Shown: one piece after another, positions 20,710-31,155 of the stretch
How the letters are laid out: every line of letters begins with the position of its first letter
Position numbering within the stretch: the first letter of the stretch is position 1
Notes under the pieces: model-generated
Databases searched by the model: none
Seen by the model: only the letters and a program-made list of their open reading frames with translations
Told to the model about the DNA's origin: nothing
Position numbers and translations under genes: made by a program
Assembly (NCBI GenBank): GCA_020350725.1
Contig: CP070719.1
Coordinates: forward strand, 1,579,404-1,643,403
Origin: a bacterium
GTDB lineage: Bacteria; BMS3Abin14
Length of the DNA: 64,000 nt
Direction of reading: 5' to 3'

Positions 20710-22062
20710 ATGTACACGAGTAAGATCGACACCCTCCTGGAGAGCATCCGGAAACTGCTGCGGAGAGGGGCTTATCAGAACGCCAAGAAGATCATCGAGA
20801 AGCTCCATGCGGCCGATGTCGCCTACCTGTACCGCTACCTGAACGAGAAGGAACAGTTCGCGGTCTTCAAGCTTATCTCCAACCTTGAGACGGCAGCCGA
20901 GATCCTCAGCCATGTGGATGCACCCACCAGCGCCCATATCCTGACCAACCTGGAAAGGGAGCGGGCGTCCGAGATCCTCAAGGCCATGGACCCGGATGAC
21001 GAGGTGGGGATCCTGGCGGAGGTCAGTGAAGAGGTGAGGGAGGAGCTCCTCAGTTTCATGTCCAAATCGGACACCGAGCGCATCGAGGAGGTCTTTCAGT
21101 ATCCTGAGGACAGCGCCGGCCGGATCATGAACACCAACTTCTTCGCCCTGCATGAGGAAGTGTACGTAAGTGACGCCATAAGCGAACTGCAGAAGAGGGG
21201 TGAGGATTCCACCGAGATGGTCTTTTACATCTACGTTGTCGACGACAGGAATCACCTCGTAGGCGTGTGTTCCCTCAGGCAGCTCCTCCTGGTGCCGGCC
21301 TCGACCAGAATACAGAAGGTCATGACCTCGGATGTGGTAAGCGTCTTTCCCGAGACAGACCAGGAGGAGGTCGCCAGGCTGGTCGAGCGCTATGATCTCC
21401 TCGCGGTGCCGGTGGTCGACCATGAGAACAAGATGCTGGGCATCGTGACGGTGGACGATGTCATCGATGTTATCCGCTACGAGGCCACAGAGGATATCAT
21501 GAAGATGGTGGGTACGGGCGACGAGTATCACAGCCGCTCCGTAATGCACAGGGCCAGGATGAGGGTCCCCTGGCTTCTGGCCGCTTTTCTGGGGGGATAC
21601 ATCGGCATCCAGTTCCTCAGGATGTTCGATGCCACTCTCGAGAGGATCGTCGCCGTGGCGTTTTTTCTCCCCATCATCATCGCCATGGGGGGCAACATCG
21701 GCATCACCTCCATGACCATCGTCGTGCGGGGACTCGCCACCGGGAAAATTGCCGTAAAAGAACTAAGGAAGGTTGTTTTAAAAGAGCTGGGCGTTGCCCT
21801 TCTCTTGGGCATCCTCTACGGTACGGCCCTGATGACCCTGGCTTACCTGCAGTTCGGCGATGTCAGCTACCTTGGTTTCGTCGTCGGAGCGAGCATGCTC
21901 ATTTCCATGCTCATGGCGGCAGTAATCGGGACAATGGCCCCCATAATACTCCACTACCTGAAAATAGATCCGGCCGTAGCCACCGGTCCTTTCGTCACCA
22001 GCGCGGTGGACAGCCTGGGCATCCTGATCTACCTCGGTCTGGCCACACTGGTCCTGATCTGA
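20710..22062 (+). CDS. mgtE: Magnesium transporter MgtE
   Basis: N-domain, YPEDSAGRIM, CBS pair, GGNIG, DPAVATGPFVT..VD. Confidence 0.95.
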   Translation: MYTSKIDTLLESIRKLLRRGAYQNAKKIIEKLHAADVAYLYRYLNEKEQFAVFKLISNLETAAEILSHVDAPTSAHILTNLERERASEILKAMDPDDEVGILAEVSEEVREELLSFMSKSDTERIEEVFQYPEDSAGRIMNTNFFALHEEVYVSDAISELQKRGEDSTEMVFYIYVVDDRNHLVGVCSLRQLLLVPASTRIQKVMTSDVVSVFPETDQEEVARLVERYDLLAVPVVDHENKMLGIVTVDDVIDVIRYEATEDIMKMVGTGDEYHSRSVMHRARMRVPWLLAAFLGGYIGIQFLRMFDATLERIVAVAFFLPIIIAMGGNIGITSMTIVVRGLATGKIAVKELRKVVLKELGVALLLGILYGTALMTLAYLQFGDVSYLGFVVGASMLISMLMAAVIGTMAPIILHYLKIDPAVATGPFVTSAVDSLGILIYLGLATLVLI

Positions 22063-22367
22063 ACATGAAAGGGAAAACCCAGAATCCAAAGACCGAAATA
22101 ACAGACCAAATCTGGGACCGGCAGGGCTGCCAAAAAAGGAATTCATTCTGTTGGCATAAGGATGTGGTAAATCCGGACAGGTTTTCGCCGAGGAACGCGG
22201 TACCCGACCCTGAGGAGAGAACCCTGGACGAACGAGAATGGAAACTGAGGATTATTAATCCTTTTGGATTTCGGACCCGCCTGCGCCAAGGCCCCGGCGC
22301 GGCAAGCTTTGGATCTTGGATTTGAACCCTGCTACACACCTTGCCCAATACAGGTGCGAACCATCCC

Positions 22368-23117
22368 ATGAGCGCTCCGCAGCAGACAGAGGCCATCGTT
22401 CTGTCCCACATCGACGTGGGTGAAGAGGACAGGATCGTCACGTTTCTCACCAGGGATCACGGTCTCCTCAGAGCCGCTGCCGGGGGGGCCAAGCGTCTGC
22501 GGGGAGGAAGACCCGCCGTCTTTGACCTGTTCGTCCACGGCATCATCCATTTCCACGTGTCCGGCAAAGAGGGTAAGCTTACCCGCATCAGGTCGGCGGA
22601 GGTCATTCACCCCTTCCTGAATATACGGGCGGATTACGGGAGGCTTTGTGCGGCTTCATATCTCGCCGAGGTGACCGCCCACTGCGTGCAGGAAGCGGAC
22701 CCCGTCCCCTCGATTTTCGACCTGATCCTGTTCTGTATGGGGCAGCTCGAGAGTGGCGCCGAGGTGTACCGGATCCTTTTCCTCTACGTGATGAGACTTC
22801 TGAAGGAGTTGGGCATGGCTCCGGAACTCTCGCACTGCATGGTCTGTCGAGGGCCCATTGAGGGCGAAGCGCTTTTGAGTCCCATGGACGGCGGGGCCGT
22901 CCACCCTGCTTGTGCGAGGTCAGCGGGCGTGCAGGTCCTGCAGGCCGGGGATATGGCCTTCCTCGCCTTTGCCGCGAAAAGGAGGATCGAATCGTTGAGC
23001 AACCTGAAGCCGGATCCGGAGTCCGCGGAGCGCCTGTTTCAGGCCCTCCACACCTTCGCCGTCCATCATCTAGGTTTCGAGCCGAGATCGTTCAAAATGC
23101 TGGGAAAAGGGACTTAG
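22368..23117 (+). CDS. recO: DNA repair protein RecO
   Basis: GEEDRIVTFLTRDHG OB fold, CxxC zinc site (HCMVC); rnc-era-(mgtE)-recO-glyQS synteny. Confidence 0.92.
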   Translation: MSAPQQTEAIVLSHIDVGEEDRIVTFLTRDHGLLRAAAGGAKRLRGGRPAVFDLFVHGIIHFHVSGKEGKLTRIRSAEVIHPFLNIRADYGRLCAASYLAEVTAHCVQEADPVPSIFDLILFCMGQLESGAEVYRILFLYVMRLLKELGMAPELSHCMVCRGPIEGEALLSPMDGGAVHPACARSAGVQVLQAGDMAFLAFAAKRRIESLSNLKPDPESAERLFQALHTFAVHHLGFEPRSFKMLGKGT

Positions 23118-23465
23118 ATATGGGAAATTGGAAACGGCAGATTTCAGGATCGGTCCGTGAACCTGACACCGGATAGGGAATCACTGGCCATTCTTCAGGA
23201 CCGGGTCGAGGCCCGGTTCAGTTCCCTGGGCTTCGGATGGGCATTCCCCCTCTCCCTTCCTCTGCCCTCTCGGAACGCTTGACATCTCCCGGTTTTCCCT
23301 GTTTTATTTATTGTTCCGCTTTATGCAGTATGCAGGGAGGGGCATTTCCAAGTTACAGGGTCCAGGTTGCACGTTCCCGGGACGGCATCATTCAGGCCTT
23401 TACCTCGACCCATGGACCTGAAATACCGAACCGGTTAAGGCATTCTTATTGAGAGGACATTCACC

Positions 23466-24380
<915 letters not shown>

Positions 24381-24418
24381 GTGCTGCAAAGGGGCGCATG
24401 GGTGAGCGGGCGAGAATT

Positions 24419-24527
24419 TAGTGTCTAGAGTCTAGTGTCTAGTTCTAGAAACTAGGAACCAGAACCAGAAACGCTCTCTGTTGTTTGATCAATACTCTTG
24501 ACTTTTAGATTTTGGATTTTGGATTGT
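24419..24527 (+). repeat. Heptamer arrays in the glyQ-glyS spacer
   Basis: tagtgtc tagagtc tagtgtc tagttc tagaaac taggaac cagaac cagaaac, then gactttt agatttt ggatttt ggattgt. Confidence 0.8.
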
Positions 24528-24555
24528 AATCTTGAAACTCATGAGGATTATCTAA

Positions 24556-26625
24556 ATGACACGTGACCTGTTACTTGAGATCGGAACGGAAGAGATCCCG
24601 GCCAGCTACCTGCCGCCCGCCCTCGAGCAGATCCAGAGCCTGGCGGCCAGGGAGCTCACCGGCCAGCGCATCGCGTTCGGGAAGACGGCCGCATACGCCA
24701 CACCCAGGAGGATCGTCCTCCATATCACGGATGTAGCAGAGGCCCAGGAGACAAGCGTCAAGGAGGTCCTCGGACCGGCCAGGGCGGTGGCCTTCGATGA
24801 CAAGGGCAAACCCACCAAAGCCGCCGAGGGCTTTGCCAGGGGCCAGGGTATAACTGTCAAGGACCTGAAGACCGTCCAGACGCCCAAGGGGGAGTACGTG
24901 GCCGCCGTCAAGAAGGAGGCCAGCCAGCCCACCGCTGAGATCCTTCCCGCGATCATGCCCAGGATCATCACGTCCCTCCATTTTCCCAAGATGCAGCGAT
25001 GGGGGTATCTGAACCTCCGGTTCCCCCGCCCCATCCGCTGGCTTCTCTGTCTTTTCGGATCCGACGTCGTTCCCTTCGACCTGGAGGGGATCGAGTCGGG
25101 CCGGATGATGACCGGCCATCGTTTCATGGCCCCCGGGCCCTTCGAGATCAAGGACGTCAAGGATTATTTCCGCCAGGTCAAGAGGGCCAGGGTGGTTCTT
25201 GATCAGGACGAGAGGAAGGATATCATCCGTAAGGGTATCACCAAGGCAGCCGAGGAGGTGGGCGGAAAGCCCATCGAGGACGAGGCCCTGCTGGACGAGG
25301 TCACGTACCTCGTGGAATTCCCGGTTGTCCTCACCGGAACCTACGAGAAGAGGTATCTTTCCCTGCCCTGGGAGGTTCTGATCACCTCCATGAGTTCCCA
25401 CCAAAGGTACTTCTCGGTGACGAACAAGAGCGGCAAATTGCTGCCCTATTTCATTACCATCAGCAACAATGTGGCCAGGGACAACGCCCTTGTCGCCCAG
25501 GGGAACGAGAGGGTGTTAAGGGCCCGCCTCGAGGACGCCATGTTCTTCTTCGCTGAGGACAGAAAGATCCCCCTCATGACGAGGGTGGAGGAACTCAAGG
25601 ACGTGGTCTTCCAGGAGAAGCTGGGTACGTCCTACGAGAAGATGGAGCGCTTCCGTGCCCTGGCCCGGTACCTGGCGAAGAGGGTCGAGCCCGACAGCCT
25701 CGACGAGGTGAAAAAGGTGGCTACCCTGTGCAAGGGCGACCTGGTGACCCAGATGGTGGGTGAATTCGCCGACCTCCAGGGGGTCATGGGCAAGGAGTAT
25801 GCCCTGCTCGAAGGAGAGAGCAAGGTGGTCGCCCGGGGGATCAGCGAGCACTATTATCCCAAGTTCTCCGGTGACCGGACACCGGACACGGTGGGCGGCG
25901 CTGCGGTCAGTCTCGCCGACCGCATGGACACCGTGTGCGGCTGCTTCGGCATAGGCATCACCCCCTCCGGAACGGCGGATCCCTACGGTATCAGGAGACA
26001 CGCCCTGGCCATCATCGCCATCCTCATGGATCGGAAATGGAGGATCTCCCTTGCTGACCTGATGAAGGAGTCCCTGAAGCTTCTCAAGGGCAAGATCGAG
26101 GTGGCGCCAAAGGATGCCCTGGCGAGCCTGAGCGATTTCTTCAGGGGACGCCTCCAGCACCAGTTCACTGGACGGGGTTTCCGCCACGATCTGGTGCAGG
26201 CCGTTCTTGCCGACCACTGGGCAGACCCGGTGGACGCGGCCGATCGTCTCGACGCCCTGGCGAAGTTCTCCGAGAAGACCGGTTTCGCAGACCTGATCCT
26301 GTCCTTCAAGCGGGTGATGAACATCATCCCAGAGGGATTCCGGGGCAAACCGGACAAGAGGAAGGCCAGACACCGGGTGGAGAAGGACCTCCTCGACGCG
26401 GCCAGAGATGCCGGAAAGGACGTGGCCGGTTTGCTGGAGGCCGGCAAGTACACCCAGGCCCTCAACCGGCTGGCTAAGCTCAAAAAGCCGGTGGACGCCT
26501 TCTTCGACGGCGTCATGGTCATGGACAAGGACAGGTCCGTCCAGAAGAACCGCCTGGCCATCCTCCAGGAGGTTTCGGACCTGTTCGCCCAGGTGGCGGA
26601 TTTCAGGAAAGTGGTGACAGAGTAA
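24556..26625 (+). CDS. glyS: Glycine--tRNA ligase beta subunit
   Basis: LLLEIGTEEIP, ATPRR, FPRPIRW, GNERVLRARLEDA, GTADPYGIRR. Confidence 0.98.
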   Translation: MTRDLLLEIGTEEIPASYLPPALEQIQSLAARELTGQRIAFGKTAAYATPRRIVLHITDVAEAQETSVKEVLGPARAVAFDDKGKPTKAAEGFARGQGITVKDLKTVQTPKGEYVAAVKKEASQPTAEILPAIMPRIITSLHFPKMQRWGYLNLRFPRPIRWLLCLFGSDVVPFDLEGIESGRMMTGHRFMAPGPFEIKDVKDYFRQVKRARVVLDQDERKDIIRKGITKAAEEVGGKPIEDEALLDEVTYLVEFPVVLTGTYEKRYLSLPWEVLITSMSSHQRYFSVTNKSGKLLPYFITISNNVARDNALVAQGNERVLRARLEDAMFFFAEDRKIPLMTRVEELKDVVFQEKLGTSYEKMERFRALARYLAKRVEPDSLDEVKKVATLCKGDLVTQMVGEFADLQGVMGKEYALLEGESKVVARGISEHYYPKFSGDRTPDTVGGAAVSLADRMDTVCGCFGIGITPSGTADPYGIRRHALAIIAILMDRKWRISLADLMKESLKLLKGKIEVAPKDALASLSDFFRGRLQHQFTGRGFRHDLVQAVLADHWADPVDAADRLDALAKFSEKTGFADLILSFKRVMNIIPEGFRGKPDKRKARHRVEKDLLDAARDAGKDVAGLLEAGKYTQALNRLAKLKKPVDAFFDGVMVMDKDRSVQKNRLAILQEVSDLFAQVADFRKVVTE

Positions 26626-26903
26626 GCGGCTGGGTCAAAGGTCAAAGGGGAAAGGGGAAAGGTAAAAGGTAAAAGATAAAAGGTTAAAGGGGAAAGGATA
26701 AAGGGGAAAGGCGACCACTTTAACCCTTATCCTTTTCCCTTTACCCTTATAAAAGGGCCCTTCGTGGCCCTTTATTTCTTTTCGGGAAAGTGGTGACAGA
26801 GCAGGTGGCAAGGGGAAGGGTAAAAGGTGAAAGGTTAAAGGGGAAAGGGGAAAGGGGAGAGGGGAGAGGCGTCCGCTTTAACCTTTATCCTTTTCCCTTT
26901 ACC
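26601..26903 (+). repeat. Imperfect tandem duplication (offset 179 nt) of the glyS 3' end plus an NNAAAGG heptamer array and an inverted pyrimidine array
   Basis: tttcaggaaagtggtgacagag (26601) versus tttcgggaaagtggtgacagag (26780); 11 versus 9 purine heptamers; both followed by ctttaac-c(c/t)ttatc-cttttcc-ctttacc. Confidence 0.92.
26751..26782 (+). terminator. Intrinsic terminator after glyS
   Basis: AAAGGGCC-cttcgt-GGCCCTTT followed by atttctttt. Confidence 0.7.
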
Positions 26904-26995
26904 CTGATTAATTGATTTTGGATTCTCATTCCTTCCCTTGCCCCATCCCCCCTGATGCGGTTATATTCCTGTTACAATTTAACGGTAATCCAATC

Positions 26996-28144
26996 ATGGT
27001 GAGACTGGAGAGAGAAAAAAAGGAAGCCGGGGAACTGGCGCCCTATGCCGCCCTCAATTCCATGTCGAGGGGGCGCCTGCATCCGGAGGACGAGCACCCC
27101 ATCAGGCTTGCCTTCGAGCGGGACCGGGACCGGATCATCCACTGCAGTGCCTTCCGTCGGATGGAGTACAAGACCCAGGTCTTCTTCTACCACGAGGGTG
27201 ACTACTTCCGGACCCGGTTGACCCATTCCCTGGAGGTGGCCCAGATCAGCCGGTCGGCGGCTCTGGCGCTGGATCTCAACGAGGTGCTGGCCGAAGCGCT
27301 GGCCCTGGCCCACGACCTCGGGCATACCCCCTTCGGTCACTCGGGGGAGAGGGTCATGGACGCTCTGATGTCTGACGACGGGGGGTTCGAGCACAATCAG
27401 CAGACCCTGAGGGTGGTGGATCTCCTCGAATACCGCTACCCGCGGTTTCCCGGACTGAACCTCTCCTGGGAGGTGCGGGAGGGAATCGCCAAACACAGCA
27501 CGGACTACGACAATCCGGTGATCGCCTCCTTCGGGAACGCACAACCCAGCCTTGAGGCCCAGATCGTTGAACTGGCCGATGAGATAGCGTACAACAACCA
27601 CGATCTGGACGACGGCCTCACCTCGAGGATGATGGAGTTGGAACAGCTGGAGGATGTCACCATCTGGCGTGAGGTGGCGCACCAGATCAAGAGGGATCTT
27701 CCATCCATCAAGCCGTCCATGCTCAAACACGAGGCCATCAGGAGGATCATCAACTGGCAGGTCAGCGACCTCATCTCGAACATCGGCAAGGTCCTCGCAC
27801 AGCGGGGGATCGTGGACCGGCAGGGACTCGCCGAGGCCCGCGAGAGGGTGGCCGGCTTCAGTCCCGACATGGAGGTGATGAACCAGGAACTCAAGGAATT
27901 CCTCAGGGTGAACCTCTACCAGCACTTTCGAGTGATCCGCATGGCCCAGAAGGCACAGAGGATCCTCAGCGATCTCTTCACCGCCTACTGCGACATGCCT
28001 CAGCAGCTACCGCCCCAGTACTTCCGCCGGATCGAAAAGGAGGAGAGCGCCAGACGGGTCATCTGCGACTACATGGCGGGCATGACGGACAAGTTCGCCC
28101 TGGATGAACACAGGAAGCTTTTCGATCCCATGGAAAAGGTGTGA
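26996..28144 (+). CDS. dgt: Deoxyguanosinetriphosphate triphosphohydrolase (HD superfamily)
   Basis: FERDRDRIIH, YKTQVF, RTRLTHSLEV, HDLGHTPFGHSGE, ADEIAYNNHDLDD, DYMAGMTD. Confidence 0.93.
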   Translation: MVRLEREKKEAGELAPYAALNSMSRGRLHPEDEHPIRLAFERDRDRIIHCSAFRRMEYKTQVFFYHEGDYFRTRLTHSLEVAQISRSAALALDLNEVLAEALALAHDLGHTPFGHSGERVMDALMSDDGGFEHNQQTLRVVDLLEYRYPRFPGLNLSWEVREGIAKHSTDYDNPVIASFGNAQPSLEAQIVELADEIAYNNHDLDDGLTSRMMELEQLEDVTIWREVAHQIKRDLPSIKPSMLKHEAIRRIINWQVSDLISNIGKVLAQRGIVDRQGLAEARERVAGFSPDMEVMNQELKEFLRVNLYQHFRVIRMAQKAQRILSDLFTAYCDMPQQLPPQYFRRIEKEESARRVICDYMAGMTDKFALDEHRKLFDPMEKV

Positions 28145-28265
28145 GTTCTGACCAGGCGAGACCCGGGGGAGGATACGTCACGACGCAATTGTAAGAGCTC
28201 ATCTTCTGCAAGATGTCTGATCCGCCGGAAGGGGACTTCCGGAAGGCATGGAAAGGAGAAACGGT

Positions 28266-28583
28266 ATGAAGAGGATTGTCGTTGTTCTCATGATCTTGAC
28301 CCTGGCGATGGCCCTGAGCGGAGTGGTCCTGGCCGACGCGGATAAGCCGGCGGTGGCCGAGAGCGGCGCGGTGGACATGGAGGCGGCAAAGGCCACCTTC
28401 GAGAACACCTGTTCCAAGTGCCACGCCCTCAGCCGAGCCATGGCCAAGAAGAAGGACCTCGCGGGATGGCAGGCGACGGTGAAGAGGATGTCCACGAACC
28501 ACCGCATACGATTTGGCGAGGAGATCTCCCAGGAGGATCAGGAGGCCATCGTTCAGTACCTGCTGGAGAACGCGGGGAAGTAG
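28266..28583 (+). CDS. Small periplasmic monoheme c-type cytochrome
   Basis: Signal peptide ending VLA; CSKCH; W..TVKRM with a putative Met ligand; RBS AAGGAG. Confidence 0.85.
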   Translation: MKRIVVVLMILTLAMALSGVVLADADKPAVAESGAVDMEAAKATFENTCSKCHALSRAMAKKKDLAGWQATVKRMSTNHRIRFGEEISQEDQEAIVQYLLENAGK

Positions 28584-28590
28584 GAAGAAG

Positions 28591-28807
28591 CAGCAGTCAG
28601 TAGACAGTATTCAGGATTCAGGAAAAGCTCCCCAAACAGCTACCGGAAAAATCAACCGGTTTTTTGAATTTAAAAACCATACAAAACGGGAACTTACAAA
28701 GCCTACTTAATATCTTACATTAAATTTTGCATGCCCGTTTTTCTCTTGACTGATGGATATTCCTGAATTCTGAATACCGACTACTGATTACTGAATCCTG
28801 ACTCCCG
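28591..28807. repeat. Inverted heptamer arrays around a 133-nt AT-rich spacer, between convergent genes
   Basis: Left: cagcagt cagtaga cagtatt caggatt caggaaa. Right: attcctg aattctg aataccg actactg attactg aatcctg actcccg. Confidence 0.88.
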
Positions 28808-28815
28808 GTCCTAAC

Positions 28816-30039
28816 TCACACGCTCCTCCTCACCCCCCTCGGCCGCCAGGACGGCGGGATGATTCCGTTCGATCCACGCAGGTCCGGCAACTGGTCCGCA
28901 TACATGGCGGAGAACTCCCCGTACCGGTCATTGATAAGATCGAGGGCCCCCTGCAGGGAGTCCTCTTCTCTGTCGGCGGGGAAGAGGGATCCCTGCAGGC
29001 AGCCGAACCGGAGGTGGCTCAGTGAGATCCCCAGGAGGCGGATGGGCCTTACGATGGATACCGAATCCAGAATGGCCGACGCTGATCGGTAGATCCGGCT
29101 GGTGGTCCTGATCGGATGGGCCAGCGTCATCTGCCTCGAAAAGGTGGTGAAATCCCGGTAGCGTACGGTCAGTGTCACCCTGTTTCCGGCACAGTCGTGA
29201 CGGCGCGCCCTCCGTCCGACCATCTCCGAGAGGGTCAGGAGAACCCGTCGCGCGGTGACAAGGTCGGTGACATCGCGGGGCAGGGTTGCCGAATGTCCGA
29301 TGCTCTTGACCTTTTCGTTGCCCGCCCCCAGGGGCACGACGGGGGAATCCTCCTCTCCTCGTCCCATTCTCGAAAGGGTGTGTCCCAGGACACCGAATTC
29401 ACGGACCAGGATCTGCAGCGGGAAACGTCCCAACTGGCCGCAGGTCGAAATGCCCATGGATCCCAGACGGCGTTCGGTCTCCGGACCGATGCCGCACAGC
29501 TTTCCCACCGGCATGCTTTCCATGAGGTCCCTTACGTCGCCAGGGGCAAGGACCGACAGTCCATCGGGTTTTCTCCGGCCGCCGACCAGTTTTGCCAGCA
29601 GCTTGTTGGGACCGATCCCCACGGAACAGGTGAGGCCGGTCTCCTCCCGAATCCGTTCCTTGATCCTCCCCCCGAGGGTCTCAGCCCCCCCGAAACGGTT
29701 CAGATCGGTGGTCACATCCAGAAAGGCCTCATCGACGGAATAGGGCTCCACGAGAGGGGTGAAAGATTCAAGGATATCGATGATCATGGCCGAGACGTGA
29801 CTGTACTTCCGGTGATCACACCGGACTATGACAAGGGCGGGACACAGTTTCAGGCCCTGACCGAGAGCCATGCCCGTCCTGACGCCGAACTCCCTCGCCG
29901 CATAGGATGCGGTGGTGATGATGGTCCTCTGTCCCGGCCCGGCCACTGCCACCGGTTTGCCCCTCAGGGAAGGGTTGTCCACCTCTTCCACCGAGGCGAA
30001 GAAGGCATCCATGTCCACGTGGAGGATCACCCGGTTCAT
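28816..30039 (-). CDS. dinB: Y-family DNA polymerase (DinB/PolIV-like) with clamp motif and RecA-NT-like tail
   Basis: HVDMDAFFASVE, SYAAREFGV, SVDEAFLD, KPDG, KSIG; C-terminal QGSLF, then LQGALDLINDRYGEFSAMY. Confidence 0.93.
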   Translation of the reverse strand: MNRVILHVDMDAFFASVEEVDNPSLRGKPVAVAGPGQRTIITTASYAAREFGVRTGMALGQGLKLCPALVIVRCDHRKYSHVSAMIIDILESFTPLVEPYSVDEAFLDVTTDLNRFGGAETLGGRIKERIREETGLTCSVGIGPNKLLAKLVGGRRKPDGLSVLAPGDVRDLMESMPVGKLCGIGPETERRLGSMGISTCGQLGRFPLQILVREFGVLGHTLSRMGRGEEDSPVVPLGAGNEKVKSIGHSATLPRDVTDLVTARRVLLTLSEMVGRRARRHDCAGNRVTLTVRYRDFTTFSRQMTLAHPIRTTSRIYRSASAILDSVSIVRPIRLLGISLSHLRFGCLQGSLFPADREEDSLQGALDLINDRYGEFSAMYADQLPDLRGSNGIIPPSWRPRGVRRSV

Positions 30040-30287
30040 ACCAGTTGCGCCACCTTCTCCAGGTACCAGGTGAGGGCCTCGCCGTCGAGGACGAGCTCAT
30101 ACAGGTCGGAACCGTCCGTCACCGTGAAGTGGTGGAGGATAGCGGAACCCCTCCTCTCCGACCAGGAGAAGGTGATCCCTGAAATACGGTATCTCCTTTT
30201 CCTCCAGATAAACCAGGCCGGACGCATTTTCCCGCCCGCACCGAAGACGGCGCCCACCACGACCCGCTCCTGGATCTCCTGGGCCAT
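30036..30287 (-). CDS. Small beta-rich protein (DUF6504-like), translationally coupled between lexA and the polymerase
   Basis: TGATG overlap with the lexA stop and ATGA overlap with the polymerase start; pattern P..F.W..RRY.I..I...W...HFTV....LYEL.......W.L. Confidence 0.8.
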   Translation of the reverse strand: MAQEIQERVVVGAVFGAGGKMRPAWFIWRKRRYRISGITFSWSERRGSAILHHFTVTDGSDLYELVLDGEALTWYLEKVAQLV

Positions 30288-30928
30288 CACCGGGCGTTTC
30301 CCCCTTTGAGGATGCGGATAACGGCCTCGACCCTGCCCGCGATCCTGGTTGTCCCGGCATCCTCTCCGGTGAGGACGATGGCCGGGAATTCCGGATTGGC
30401 CGCCTCGAGAGCGATCCCGTCCCGGGTCCTTCGGAATCTCTTCAGGGTGGCTTCGTCGCCCACCACCGCGACCACGATGTCGCCGTCATATACTGTGGCC
30501 TGCGGTCTGACGAGGGCCAGATCCCCCGGCAAGATCTGTTCTCCCCGCATGCTGTTTCCCTTCACCCTGAGGAGAAAGTGATCCTGCCCAGCCAGGTTTT
30601 CATCGAGGTGGATGTAATCCTCCACCTCCTCGGCGGCAAGATCGAGGGCTCCGGCGGCCACCGATCCGACCACCGGAACAGGCACACCACCGGGCCCGTC
30701 GAGGGGTGAGGGGAACCGGGACAAAATCTCCAGGCCACGGGAGATACCGGGAATCCTCCTGATGAGCCCTTTCCGCTCCAGCGCCTCCAGGTGCTTGGCC
30801 GCAGCCCGCGGACCGGAGAGGTTCAGGTGATGGGCCAGTTCACGAACAGTGGGGGGATAGCCGTTCTCGGAAAGGAAGGTCCTGATATATGCCAGGACCT
30901 GTTGCTGTCTGGGTGTGAGTTCGTGCAA
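30287..30928 (-). CDS. lexA: SOS repressor LexA
   Basis: TTG start after GGGAGG; LTPRQQQVL, GYPPTVREL, cleavage site VAAG, catalytic Ser in GNSM and Lys in ATLKRF. Confidence 0.95.
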   Translation of the reverse strand: MHELTPRQQQVLAYIRTFLSENGYPPTVRELAHHLNLSGPRAAAKHLEALERKGLIRRIPGISRGLEILSRFPSPLDGPGGVPVPVVGSVAAGALDLAAEEVEDYIHLDENLAGQDHFLLRVKGNSMRGEQILPGDLALVRPQATVYDGDIVVAVVGDEATLKRFRRTRDGIALEAANPEFPAIVLTGEDAGTTRIAGRVEAVIRILKGGNAR

Positions 30929-31155
30929 AAGGCCGCCCTCCCAATTATCAGATCTCCGACTCCATATCCGACAGGAATTCAAAGTCCACAGCCTGCCATC
31001 CGACTTTTCCACCGCTGCTATCAGCGAAGTTGGAAGCTTCACTTCAGGTGGGTCCAAAATCCAAGATGAACAGAACTATGAATTAGGCCTGGCCGAAATC
31101 GGGGATTTTGGGTATTTACTTGACACTCGGTACTTTATACCTTGAACTGGCTTAA

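Noticed and set aside
23118..23465. T-box riboswitch upstream of glyQS
   Set aside because: No TGGNACCGCG T-box bulge or antiterminator is visible.
30929..31057. 43-aa N-terminal extension of LexA in the ORF track
   Set aside because: A GGGAGG RBS precedes TTG at 30928, where LexA homology begins; the extension runs through repeat-containing spacer DNA.
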